Source: Eubacteriales bacterium
Lineage (GTDB): Bacteria > Bacillota > Clostridia > Oscillospirales > CAG-272
Assembly (NCBI GenBank): GCA_045577925.1
Contig: JAZNJH010000031.1
Coordinates: 46,094-110,093 of the forward strand
Length of the DNA: 64,000 nt
Direction of reading: 5' to 3'
Part shown: positions 1-8,564 of the stretch, piece by piece
How the letters are laid out: the number at the start of each line of letters is the position of its first letter
How positions within the stretch are numbered: position 1 is the first letter of the stretch
Translations under genes and position numbers: made by a program
Notes under the pieces: generated by a model
Told to the model about the DNA's origin: nothing
The model's input: the letters and a program-made list of their open reading frames with translations, nothing else
Database searches by the model: none

Positions 1-45
1 GATATATTAACGCATTATTATACAGGTGTTGAAATCAAAAAATAA
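1..45 (+). CDS. 3' end of a gene cut by the window edge; the tail resembles the C-terminus of SpoIID/LytB-family (stage II sporulation protein D-like) proteins
   Basis: Frame 1 reads DILTHYYTGVEIKK then TAA (43-45). The IL.HYY.G.E ending is what I remember from SpoIID-family proteins. Only 14 residues are visible, and a hairpin follows. Confidence 0.35.
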   Translation, partial: DILTHYYTGVEIKK

Positions 46-86
46 AACACAAAAATGCAGGCAATATGCCTGTATTTTTGTGTTTT
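44..86. terminator. Bidirectional rho-independent terminator between the truncated plus-strand gene and glcK
   Basis: A stem of about 19 bp pairs AAAACACAAAAATGCAGGC with GCCTGTATTTTTGTGTTTT (one G-U), with loop AATAT. A-run/T-run flanks give a U-tract in both directions. Confidence 0.7.
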
Positions 87-93
87 GATACAC

Positions 94-1053
94 TCAAACG
101 CCAAGAACTGCGGCACCGATTATTCCGGCGTCATTGCCAAGCTCTGCGGTTTTTATAATCGGTCTTGCCAAAGTGCTGTTACCATAAATTTTTTCATTAA
201 TTTTAGCATTAAGCGGATTGAGCAGATTGTCGCCTTCGTGGCATATGCCGCCTCCAATTACTATAACCTCCGGCATAAAAGTTGTGATAATATTTGCCAT
301 ACCGCAGGCAAGATAGTCAATATACATATCTACTACCTCCGCGCCAGCCTTATCGCCCTTTTTCATGGCAGCAAAAGCCGTCTTACCGCTGACCTTGCCT
401 TCTGATTTTACAATTTCATTCATAAGTGTTTCACGGCCGGATTCATTACATTCCTCGATCTTTTCGCGAGTCATATTTATAAGTCCCGTTGCAGAGCTGT
501 ATGCTTCCCAACATCCCTTTCTGCCGCACGTGCAAGGTCTTCCGTTATATTCTATAACAAAATGTCCGAGTTCGCCGCCTGCGTAATTGAATCCGTAATA
601 TATCTTACCGTCTATGATTATTCCTCCACCAACACCTGTTCCGAGAGTAACCATGATAGCGGTTTTAATACCTCTTGCTGCGCCTGCAACAGCTTCGCCT
701 TTTGCAGCGGTGTTAGCATCGTTTTCAACATAAACCTTCTTCAGAGGAATGTGACTTTTGAGCATTTCTGCAATAGGGAAGTCCTTGAAGTTAAGATTAT
801 TTGCATAATCTATATAGCCCGTTTCAGGATTCACAGTTCCGGGAGACGCTATGCCTGCGTATATAATATCATCAAAGGTGAGTCCGGCATCATTAACAAG
901 TTTGGAACACAGGTCTGCCATATCCTTTACAACTTCTTCACCCGGGCGCTCAGCGCGCGTGGGGACACTGCCTTTGGTTAAAATTTTGTAGTTTTCATCA
1001 ACAATACCAACGGCAATATTAGTACCGCCCAGATCAATTCCAATGTAATACAT
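94..1053 (-). CDS. glcK: ROK-family glucokinase
   Basis: N-terminal YIGIDLGGTNIAVG ATP-binding motif and ROK zinc motif CTCGRKGCWEAY. I place the start at the ATG at 1053 (MYYIGIDLGG), preceded by AGGA 9 nt upstream. The track's start at 1071 is a TTG lying inside that RBS. Confidence 0.9.
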   Translation of the reverse strand: MYYIGIDLGGTNIAVGIVDENYKILTKGSVPTRAERPGEEVVKDMADLCSKLVNDAGLTFDDIIYAGIASPGTVNPETGYIDYANNLNFKDFPIAEMLKSHIPLKKVYVENDANTAAKGEAVAGAARGIKTAIMVTLGTGVGGGIIIDGKIYYGFNYAGGELGHFVIEYNGRPCTCGRKGCWEAYSSATGLINMTREKIEECNESGRETLMNEIVKSEGKVSGKTAFAAMKKGDKAGAEVVDMYIDYLACGMANIITTFMPEVIVIGGGICHEGDNLLNPLNAKINEKIYGNSTLARPIIKTAELGNDAGIIGAAVLGV

Positions 1054-1149
1054 AGTATAATATCCTTTCAAAAATACATCGCTATGAACATTATAATATT
1101 ACGGGAAGTACTTGTCAAGAGATTTGAAATAAACTTATTATAAACAAAA

Positions 1150-1722
1150 TTAAACAGAAAACTCTTTGAATACCGGTCTTAACTGCTCGCCCTCGATTGC
1201 TTTTTTGGCAGCTGTAACAACCAAATCAAAGTCTGCAACAAGCGAGTGTGGTTTTCTCAAAACATCGTCTTGCAGCATAGGGGTAAAGTATATGTTTTTC
1301 TTGTTTAAAAGGTTGCCGATATTACATAAATTTGCGCTGAGAGCATCGTTGCTAGCGAGTGTAATAAGAAGGGGTCTTGAGTTTCTGAGGTGGGCTTTTG
1401 CGGCCATTGTTACGGGTGTGTCGGTTATTCCGTGGGCAAGCTTGGCAAGTGTGTTACCGGTACACGGAGATATTATCATAACATCAAGTTTAATTTTAGG
1501 ACCTATCGGTTCAGAATCTTCAATTGTAAGAATTGCTTTTCTGTTGCATATCTCTTCAACGTTTTTTATAAGTTCTTTTGCGTTCCCAAACCTTGTATCA
1601 GTATTGGCGGCATTAAAGCTTATTATAGGTAATATATCATTATAGCTTGATGTAAGTTCTTTTAACACTTCAAGAGATTTTTTATGTGTGCAGAACGAAC
1701 CGCATATTGCATATCCTATCAT
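1150..1722 (-). CDS. dpaB: Dipicolinate synthase subunit B (SpoVFB), flavoprotein-like
   Basis: 190 aa. The start MIGYAICGSFCTH and the ISPCTGNT motif are typical of DpaB. It is coupled to dpaA by a TAATG stop/start overlap. Confidence 0.85.
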   Translation of the reverse strand: MIGYAICGSFCTHKKSLEVLKELTSSYNDILPIISFNAANTDTRFGNAKELIKNVEEICNRKAILTIEDSEPIGPKIKLDVMIISPCTGNTLAKLAHGITDTPVTMAAKAHLRNSRPLLITLASNDALSANLCNIGNLLNKKNIYFTPMLQDDVLRKPHSLVADFDLVVTAAKKAIEGEQLRPVFKEFSV

Positions 1723-2585
1723 TAACTACAATCATTCCTTTCATCTTCAGCTATATTACACAAATGAGAATATATGCATTTTCCGAGAGCGGTTCCTGCG
1801 CTTTCAGGTGCACATTTCCCGGGAAGCGCAAGCAAATGATGAGTTTCGATGCCAAGCTTTTGTGCAGAATCAAAATCAATACCACCGGGAAGAGATGCCA
1901 GATCAATTATATAAGTTTGTTTATCAAGCCGTTCAAGCACCTTGTTTCCAAGTATAAGTGCCGGAACTGTGTTGATTATTATCTCGCTTTCCATAGCAAA
2001 TTCTGAAAGATGTTCAAAATTATTTGCAGATATATTGTTATTAGCAAGCTCGTTTATAAGTTTTTCGTTTCTCAAAGCTACGCTTATCTTATCAGTGTAA
2101 AAGCTAAGCTGAGTGTAAAGAAATTTTGCTATTCTGCCCCAACCAATCAAGAGAATTTTACGGTTGTACAAAGCTCTCCTGTAATTTAAAAGCAGATGAC
2201 CAACCGTTCCTTCAGCAGTCAGATAAGCCGAGTCGGTAAGATATGCTTCGTCATTTAAATAATCAATATATTTAATTCCGGTTATCTTGTTAAAATTATT
2301 AAACCTGCCGTAAAATACACTTGCATTATCCTTCACATCGTAGATCAGTTCATTAACTGTTATTCCACCGGAGGATTTTGACGTTCCATTTATATGCATC
2401 TTATCCACAGAAACGGGCGCAGGCAAAACTATTACATCAGCAGATTTAGCCAGCTTGTGATACTCGCATAAAGATGCAGTTGGACATGAATCATAATTAA
2501 GTAATTCAGCATTATATCCTTTTTTTATCAGATAAGCACACGCATGATTCATTCTGAAATCTCCGCCAATAAATGCAATCTTCAT
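1722..2585 (-). CDS. dpaA: Dipicolinate synthase subunit A (SpoVFA)
   Basis: Rossmann-like start MKIAFIGGDFR, the ILLIGWGRIAKFL dinucleotide-binding segment, and its position directly upstream of dpaB. I trimmed the ORF to the ATG at 2585. The 75-codon upstream extension overlaps the preceding gene and a terminator. Confidence 0.8.
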   Translation of the reverse strand: MKIAFIGGDFRMNHACAYLIKKGYNAELLNYDSCPTASLCEYHKLAKSADVIVLPAPVSVDKMHINGTSKSSGGITVNELIYDVKDNASVFYGRFNNFNKITGIKYIDYLNDEAYLTDSAYLTAEGTVGHLLLNYRRALYNRKILLIGWGRIAKFLYTQLSFYTDKISVALRNEKLINELANNNISANNFEHLSEFAMESEIIINTVPALILGNKVLERLDKQTYIIDLASLPGGIDFDSAQKLGIETHHLLALPGKCAPESAGTALGKCIYSHLCNIAEDERNDCS

Positions 2586-2676
2586 TTTGTGCTCCTTTGT
2601 GACGGTGTTTTGGGATATTATATATAATCCCATTATCAGTAATATGCGTTTTGAATGTTTGTGACCAACATAATGA

Positions 2677-2704
2677 AATAAAAAACTGCGGATTATATCC
2701 GCAG
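2677..2704 (-). terminator. Rho-independent terminator after the 2713-3357 gene
   Basis: On the minus strand, the 7-bp stem CTGCGGA/TCCGCAG with a 5-nt loop is followed by TTTTTTATTT. Confidence 0.6.
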
Positions 2705-2712
2705 TATAAATT

Positions 2713-3357
2713 TTATTCACTTGGTATATTGTAAGAGTCGCCACATGCATCAATAAACAACTCGCCGTTCTTATAAACAAGCTCCAAATATAAAGGTCTG
2801 GAGGCATCACTAGGAATATCGCTTCTGAATGTCCCGTTATTCTTCATTATTTTATAGTTCGTTTTATATACGTACTTCGTTACATCGCCGTAAAGCTCAT
2901 CCGACATATCCTTTTCAAAAAGGTACTCAACGTTGATGTCGTAAAGCTTCTGCGGTGCGATATACTCCCATTTATAGTTATTATCAAAATACCGTTTGGA
3001 ATGAAGTGATGTAAACAGAGAAGCGTTACCGGACTTTAATGAGTCGAAATATTTACCAAAGAGCTCCATTACAGGCCCGTATGATGAATAGTCTTCATCT
3101 GTAATACAAACCGTAACGGAAGTGTCTGTGTAGTAAATGTAGGGAACTACTTTCAAATAGTCAGGATCAGCATATATGTCCGCCTCGTCTGGTGTGTAAA
3201 AGATATACGATGGTGGCGCATACTCACTGTTATAAACAAACGAAGCAACAAATTCCGGTTGTTCACCTTTTTCAAAATACATGTATACTGAGCCTATTAA
3301 GGCTATTACTATAAAGAGAATCGATATAATAAGTACAATTCTTTTCTTTTTGGTCAT
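2713..3357 (-). CDS. Hypothetical membrane-anchored protein (one N-terminal TM helix, Tyr/Asp-rich extracytoplasmic part)
   Basis: 214-aa ORF starting 15 nt after the pcrA stop. The N-terminus KKKRIVLIISILFIVIALIGSVYMYF is a signal-anchor. I recognise no family. Confidence 0.55.
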   Translation of the reverse strand: MTKKKRIVLIISILFIVIALIGSVYMYFEKGEQPEFVASFVYNSEYAPPSYIFYTPDEADIYADPDYLKVVPYIYYTDTSVTVCITDEDYSSYGPVMELFGKYFDSLKSGNASLFTSLHSKRYFDNNYKWEYIAPQKLYDINVEYLFEKDMSDELYGDVTKYVYKTNYKIMKNNGTFRSDIPSDASRPLYLELVYKNGELFIDACGDSYNIPSE

Positions 3358-3372
3358 TTTATCGTTTCCTCG

Positions 3373-5772
3373 TTAATCAATACTTCTTTTAAGTTTTGCA
3401 AAACTTGCCATCAGTTTTTTTGTTCCAACAGTGTCGAACGCTATTTCATAAAGAGTATCTGCCCCCATTTTTTTAACAGATAATACAGTACCGCTTCCGA
3501 ATGTTGCGTGTACGACTCGTTCGCCCTGAGAGTAGGCTTCGGTTGGTTGACGCTTTAGAGGTGAAATGTTTTTATGCGGTGCGGTAAGCTCGCTTGAAAT
3601 CTGAGGTTTATATCCCGATCCCGAGGCAACGGGAGCAGGAGTTATTCTACGTATCTCAGTTTCGTTCTCAACATATTTTTCAGGGATCTCCTCCAAAAAT
3701 CTCGATGCAGGATTATATCTCGTCTTACCGAACATCATCCTCTCTCGTACGTTAAGAAGATAAAGCTTTTTCTTAGCTCTTGTTATTGCCACGTATGCAA
3801 GACGGCGTTCCTCTTCAATTTCCTCTTCGCTATCCATGGAAAGAAGTCCCGGAAATATTCCTTCTTCAAGACCGGGAAGAAATACAACGGGAAATTCAAG
3901 TCCCTTTGCGCTATGAATGGTCATCATAACAACCGCATCTGCTTCTTCGTCGTAGTTGTCGGTATCACTAACAAGAGCAACCTCTTCAAGAAAGCCTGAA
4001 AGAGTGGGCTCGTCCGATGCGTTTTCGTATTCGTATGCTGTTGCAATAAGCTGGTCGATGTTTCTTAACCTGTCGATGCCTGTTTCTCCCTCCGCAACAA
4101 GCATTTCCTGATAACCGGAGTCGTTTACTACCGTGTTTATGAGCTCTGAAACGCCAACGACCTCAGACAAAGCCGACATACGTTCAATAAAATCGGTAAA
4201 CGCAATAAGTCTCTCTGCAACCTTTGAAAGCTGCATGTATTCTCTCGAGCGCTTCATAATGTCGAAGAGGTATGTCTTCTCAAGTGTTGCGAGTATTTCA
4301 ACTGCTTCAAGTGTGGCATCGCCTATTTTTCTTTTGGGCTCATTTATGATACGTCTGAGTCTGATACTGTCACGTCTGTTTGAGATTACACAAAGGTACG
4401 CGACTATATCCTTGATTTCCTTACGGTCAAAGAACCTGAGACCGCCGAGCATTCTGTAAGGTATACCGCTTTTGGTAAATACACTTTCAAAGGGTGCAGA
4501 CTGGCTGTTCATACGGTAGAGTATAGCAAAATCTGAAAACTTTTTGTCTGAGTTTCTTATCCCCTCAAGTATCTGATCGCTTACATACTGCGCTTCAAAA
4601 TTCTGATTTGGGAGAGATTTCTGCGTTATCTTTTCGCCATTGCCCGAATCGGTCCAGAGCGTTTTACCCTTACGTCCCTTGTTGTTGCTTATTACAGCAT
4701 TTGCCGCATTAAGTATATTCGATGAGGATCTGTAATTCTGCTCAAGCTTTATTACTTTACAACCTGCGAAATCGCGGTCAAATTTTAGAATGTTCTCAAT
4801 AGTTGCTCCGCGGAATTTGTATATACTCTGGTCATCGTCTCCGACAACCATAATATTTTTGCGTTTTGCGCTTATTAACTCACATAATTTAAGTTGTGCT
4901 ATGTTGGTATCCTGAAATTCATCAACACAAACGTATCTGAAACGGTTCTGATAGTAATTTCTTACTTCTTCATTTGAGGATAACAGCAATACCGTCTGCA
5001 TTATTATATCGTCAAAATCTAGCGCATTAGCGCTTTTAAGCTCGCGCTCATATTCTGAATATATCTGTGCTATTTTAGATAATTTATAATCATTTCCTGC
5101 TTCACTGTAAAAAGTCTTTGAATCAATAAGCTTGTCCTTCGCGCGGCTTATAACTCCCATAACCGCCTTGGGAGCAATTATTTTCTCGTCTATCCCTATT
5201 TTCTTCATACATGAAGAAATAAGCTTTTTTGAGTCGTCAGTATCGTAAATCGTAAAGTTTGACGAGTATCCAACCAGCTCACCATATCTTCTGAGTATAC
5301 GTACGCATATAGAGTGGAAGGTTCCGGCCCATATTTCAGACGCAGCATCAGCATCTCCGATAACCTTTTCGAGTCTTTCCTTTATCTCTCCCGCAGCTTT
5401 GTTTGTAAAGGTTATCGCCAAAACCGCCCATGGCGGGCACGGGGAGTCAGCAAATTCGCAAAGCGCTTGCGCAAGCTTGTCATTATCCAGGTCTTTATAT
5501 GACATTAATCTCTTAATGTCTTCATCTGTTATTGCTTCAGGCACGTTGTCAGAAAAGTAAGCGTTTCCGTATCTGATTATATGTGAAATACGGTTTACAA
5601 GCACTGTGGTTTTACCGCTTCCGGCGCCTGCCAAAACAAGCAGTGGACCATCAACCGTGTAAACAGCCTCCTTTTGATGCTCGTTCATACGCGTATAGTA
5701 TGTATTAAATAATTCTCGTTTTGTATTTAAATAAATTTCTTTTAATCTTTGATCAGACATGTGCTTATCCAT
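3373..5772 (-). CDS. pcrA: ATP-dependent DNA helicase PcrA (UvrD family, SF1)
   Basis: Walker A AGAGSGKT, motif II VDEFQDT, TIHSAKGLEFPVVFL, YVAITRAKKKLYL, and the PcrA-type C-terminal tail GERVVHATFGSGTV. An alternative start lies at Met5. Confidence 0.93.
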   Translation of the reverse strand: MDKHMSDQRLKEIYLNTKRELFNTYYTRMNEHQKEAVYTVDGPLLVLAGAGSGKTTVLVNRISHIIRYGNAYFSDNVPEAITDEDIKRLMSYKDLDNDKLAQALCEFADSPCPPWAVLAITFTNKAAGEIKERLEKVIGDADAASEIWAGTFHSICVRILRRYGELVGYSSNFTIYDTDDSKKLISSCMKKIGIDEKIIAPKAVMGVISRAKDKLIDSKTFYSEAGNDYKLSKIAQIYSEYERELKSANALDFDDIIMQTVLLLSSNEEVRNYYQNRFRYVCVDEFQDTNIAQLKLCELISAKRKNIMVVGDDDQSIYKFRGATIENILKFDRDFAGCKVIKLEQNYRSSSNILNAANAVISNNKGRKGKTLWTDSGNGEKITQKSLPNQNFEAQYVSDQILEGIRNSDKKFSDFAILYRMNSQSAPFESVFTKSGIPYRMLGGLRFFDRKEIKDIVAYLCVISNRRDSIRLRRIINEPKRKIGDATLEAVEILATLEKTYLFDIMKRSREYMQLSKVAERLIAFTDFIERMSALSEVVGVSELINTVVNDSGYQEMLVAEGETGIDRLRNIDQLIATAYEYENASDEPTLSGFLEEVALVSDTDNYDEEADAVVMMTIHSAKGLEFPVVFLPGLEEGIFPGLLSMDSEEEIEEERRLAYVAITRAKKKLYLLNVRERMMFGKTRYNPASRFLEEIPEKYVENETEIRRITPAPVASGSGYKPQISSELTAPHKNISPLKRQPTEAYSQGERVVHATFGSGTVLSVKKMGADTLYEIAFDTVGTKKLMASFAKLKRSID

Positions 5773-5817
5773 TTAAATAAAGACAAACAACAGGGAATAA
5801 CTCCCCGTTGCCTGCTT

Positions 5818-6501
5818 TTATTTACGCTTTCTTACAAATCGTTTGTGTTTAAGTTCAATTCTTCTGCCCGTTCTTATATAGGAACGCAAAATTGTCCGTA
5901 TTCGCGTTGTCTGCCTTATAGAGATAGCCTCACTCTTGCCGGTCTTCTTTATATAACGAACAAGATCGTCTAAATTAACGATATTTTTATATTCTTCTGT
6001 AAAGCTGACCTTATTTGAAGAAAAAGTAACAACATTGTATATCGGAATTTTATATTGCCCTTCGTTACGGAGTATCTCTTTTATAACTTTTATGTGAGTT
6101 TCGTTCTGATAAATGGGATTATAGAACGTGATCCGTTTATCATTATATATCTGAGTCCATTTTCTTGTGTCGCCGCTTATTATTTTCCCATTATGGCTCT
6201 TTAGTTCAATAACAAAGATTCCGCTTCTCAGCACAACGATAGCATCTATTTCTGCATATCTATCGCGCCCAGAGTTTATATACGGAATATAAACGTTAGT
6301 AAATACCGCATTTGACGAAAACGCTTCTTCAAGCGTTTGTTTCAGTCTTTCTTCGCTTGGCTTTCCGTAATTCTCAATTTCACGAACTCGCTTTTTTGAT
6401 TTGATGTTAATAGTAACAAAAAGAATCAGAGCGGCAAATGCTATTATTGAAATAAGTGAGACAAAAGTAAAAAACAACGGCGAATTCAAAAGTTCAGACA
6501 A
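5818..6501 (-). CDS. NERD (nuclease-related domain) protein with an N-terminal TM anchor
   Basis: EIDAIVVLRSGIFVIELKSHNGKI is a D..(E)xK-type NERD core, and the N-terminal hydrophobic helix is FFTFVSLISIIAFAALILFV. TTG start at 6501 with SD GAGGTG overlapping the stop codon of the upstream carrier-protein gene. Confidence 0.7.
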   Translation of the reverse strand: MSELLNSPLFFTFVSLISIIAFAALILFVTINIKSKKRVREIENYGKPSEERLKQTLEEAFSSNAVFTNVYIPYINSGRDRYAEIDAIVVLRSGIFVIELKSHNGKIISGDTRKWTQIYNDKRITFYNPIYQNETHIKVIKEILRNEGQYKIPIYNVVTFSSNKVSFTEEYKNIVNLDDLVRYIKKTGKSEAISIRQTTRIRTILRSYIRTGRRIELKHKRFVRKRK

Positions 6502-6509
6502 GGCACACC

Positions 6510-6737
6510 TCAGGCAAGTTCTTTTTCAAGATAGTCAGCAATATCGCCGAGAGTTGCAAGCTTCGAAATTGCTTTTTCATCAATTTCGCAGTCGTACTTA
6601 TCTTCGAGTTCGAGTACAAGTTCGGCAAGTTCGATTGAGTTAACGCCGCAGTCACTTCTGAGGTTTGTTTCACGATTTAATTCTTCGGGTGCAATTTTTA
6701 ACTGTTCGGATAAAATGGTCTTTAATTCTTCAAACAT
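6510..6737 (-). CDS. Acyl/peptidyl carrier protein (phosphopantetheine-attachment domain)
   Basis: 75 aa and acidic. The helix-II motif GVNSIELAELVLELE carries the candidate modified Ser. It lies 10 nt downstream of the AMP-ligase gene. Confidence 0.75.
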   Translation of the reverse strand: MFEELKTILSEQLKIAPEELNRETNLRSDCGVNSIELAELVLELEDKYDCEIDEKAISKLATLGDIADYLEKELA

Positions 6738-6747
6738 AATGTCCTCC

Positions 6748-8460
6748 TTATTTTACAAGAAATCTCTTGATTTTCTTAGTTGTTGTTTTTTCGAATTCTA
6801 CATCTCTAAATTCAATAACCGATGCTTGCTTGAAAGAGGGAAGCTCAGCGTTCAACTGAGAAAGCTCAGTGTTAGCACGCTTTTTAACTTCATCTGCTGA
6901 TAAATCAGCAAATGATTCAAAATCAGGATATACAACAGCAACGATCGACGTTTCAGAGCTGTCTGTACCCTTTCGTCCAATAACCACGATTTCTTTAACG
7001 TATGAACAAGCGGAGAGCTTTTCCTCAATTTCTTCGGGATACACATTTTTACCGTTTGACAAAATAATTACGTTCTTTCTTCTGCCGGTTATATATATAT
7101 ATCCATCAGAGTCAATGTATCCGATGTCGCCTGTTCTGAACCAACCGTCATCTGTGAAAACTTCTGCCGTTGCTTCTGGGTTCTTATAGTAACCGAGCAT
7201 TACATTTCCGCCGCGGACAAGGATCTCGCCGCGTCCTGATTCATCAGCAGAACTTGCATCTATTTTAACTTCGGTTCCGTTAACAGGAGTGCCCACAGAT
7301 CCCATTCTTGGGGCATAGTAAGGGTTAACCGAAACAAGAGGTGAACATTCGGTTATTCCATAACCCTCATATATAGGGAGACCGAAAGCATAGAAATCCT
7401 TAACTAATGCTTCACTAAGGGGTGCGCCGCCGCAAACAATGGAATTGATATTTCCGCCAAATGCTGCACGTACGTCTGAAAAGAGCTTTTTTCTTAAATC
7501 TATGCCGATTAAAAGAGCAAGCTTTGATACTTTCATACCGAGCTTTACTTTTTTAGCCATATTGCTCTCATTGATCTTGGTCCATACTTTTTTGTGTACA
7601 GTTTCAAGGAAAAGGGGTACTACCGTTATAGCAGTAGGTTTATAATACTGCATGGAACGGGAAGCATATTTAAGCGTAGGGTTGATATAAATGCTTGCAC
7701 CGATATTCATACCGCCGAGATGAGTTGCCGTAAACTCATAGGTATGATGAATTGGAAGAAGCGATACAAGAGTCGTTGTTGAATCATACGGCATTGCTTG
7801 ACAAGCCGCGTTAACAGATGTTGTTATATTTTTTTGAGAAAGCATTACACCCTTGCTTGTTCCGGTCGTACCGGAAGTGAATAGAATGGAGCAGCATTTT
7901 TCTGTATCAGGTTCAATTGAAGTAAATGCAGTATCTCCTGAATCCACTAAAGCCTTTCCTTCATCAAGAAGAATCGATATATCAATTATGTTAACACCGT
8001 CGACATTGTCGCTTCCGTCTGTATCTTCATTCAGTCTTATAAAAAGTGTAACGCCGGGTATCTTGTCTGCAAGTTTTGCTATTTTTCCGTTAAAACTACC
8101 GGTATATGCAACTGCAGAACATTCTGAAAGGTTTATAAAGTCACATATTGACTCTTCGGAAAGCTCGCGATCCAGCGGAACTATCGTACCGTTACCGCTT
8201 GTTACAGTTAGATAAGTTAACGACCAATAAGGCGTTGTGTCGCCAATAAGCGCAACAGTTTTTCCAACGTAGCCTCTCTTTGCTAAAGCTGTGCCGAAAG
8301 AGTTCATATCTGTATATAGATCTGTATAGGAATATTTTTTGGTTTCTTTTGAAACTTTATACTCATACAATGTTTTCGAGCCGAAATACTCATGGCTCGA
8401 ATATACAAGTTCTTTCAGGCTTGACACGGTTTTTACATTTCTGTTTTTGATTTTTTTCAT
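6748..8460 (-). CDS. AMP-forming acyl-CoA/acyl-carrier-protein ligase (long-chain fatty-acid-CoA-ligase-like, ANL superfamily)
   Basis: AMP-binding signature ILFTSGTTGTSKGVMLS, GYGITE, TGDIGYIDSDGYIYITGRRKN and NGKNVYPEEIE. 570 aa. Confidence 0.85.
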   Translation of the reverse strand: MKKIKNRNVKTVSSLKELVYSSHEYFGSKTLYEYKVSKETKKYSYTDLYTDMNSFGTALAKRGYVGKTVALIGDTTPYWSLTYLTVTSGNGTIVPLDRELSEESICDFINLSECSAVAYTGSFNGKIAKLADKIPGVTLFIRLNEDTDGSDNVDGVNIIDISILLDEGKALVDSGDTAFTSIEPDTEKCCSILFTSGTTGTSKGVMLSQKNITTSVNAACQAMPYDSTTTLVSLLPIHHTYEFTATHLGGMNIGASIYINPTLKYASRSMQYYKPTAITVVPLFLETVHKKVWTKINESNMAKKVKLGMKVSKLALLIGIDLRKKLFSDVRAAFGGNINSIVCGGAPLSEALVKDFYAFGLPIYEGYGITECSPLVSVNPYYAPRMGSVGTPVNGTEVKIDASSADESGRGEILVRGGNVMLGYYKNPEATAEVFTDDGWFRTGDIGYIDSDGYIYITGRRKNVIILSNGKNVYPEEIEEKLSACSYVKEIVVIGRKGTDSSETSIVAVVYPDFESFADLSADEVKKRANTELSQLNAELPSFKQASVIEFRDVEFEKTTTKKIKRFLVK

Positions 8461-8498
8461 GCAAATCTCCTTTTGTAATAATGTGTCTGACTGAATGC

Positions 8499-8527
8499 AT
8501 TATACAGTATTTAATACACGATGTCAA
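8499..8527 (-). promoter_or_regulatory. Consensus sigma-A promoter for the ligase/carrier-protein operon
   Basis: The minus strand reads TTGACA, a 17-nt spacer, then TATAAT, about 35 nt upstream of the AGGAG RBS and ATG at 8460. Confidence 0.6.
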
Positions 8528-8564
8528 TGCTTTTGGAGCTTATTTAAACACATATGAAAAGTTG

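Noticed and set aside
2586-2810. A 75-codon N-terminal extension of the dpaA ORF in the track.
   Set aside because: The extension overlaps the 3' end of the upstream gene and its terminator hairpin. DpaA homologues begin at the Rossmann-like MKIAFIGG, which has its own ATG at 2585.
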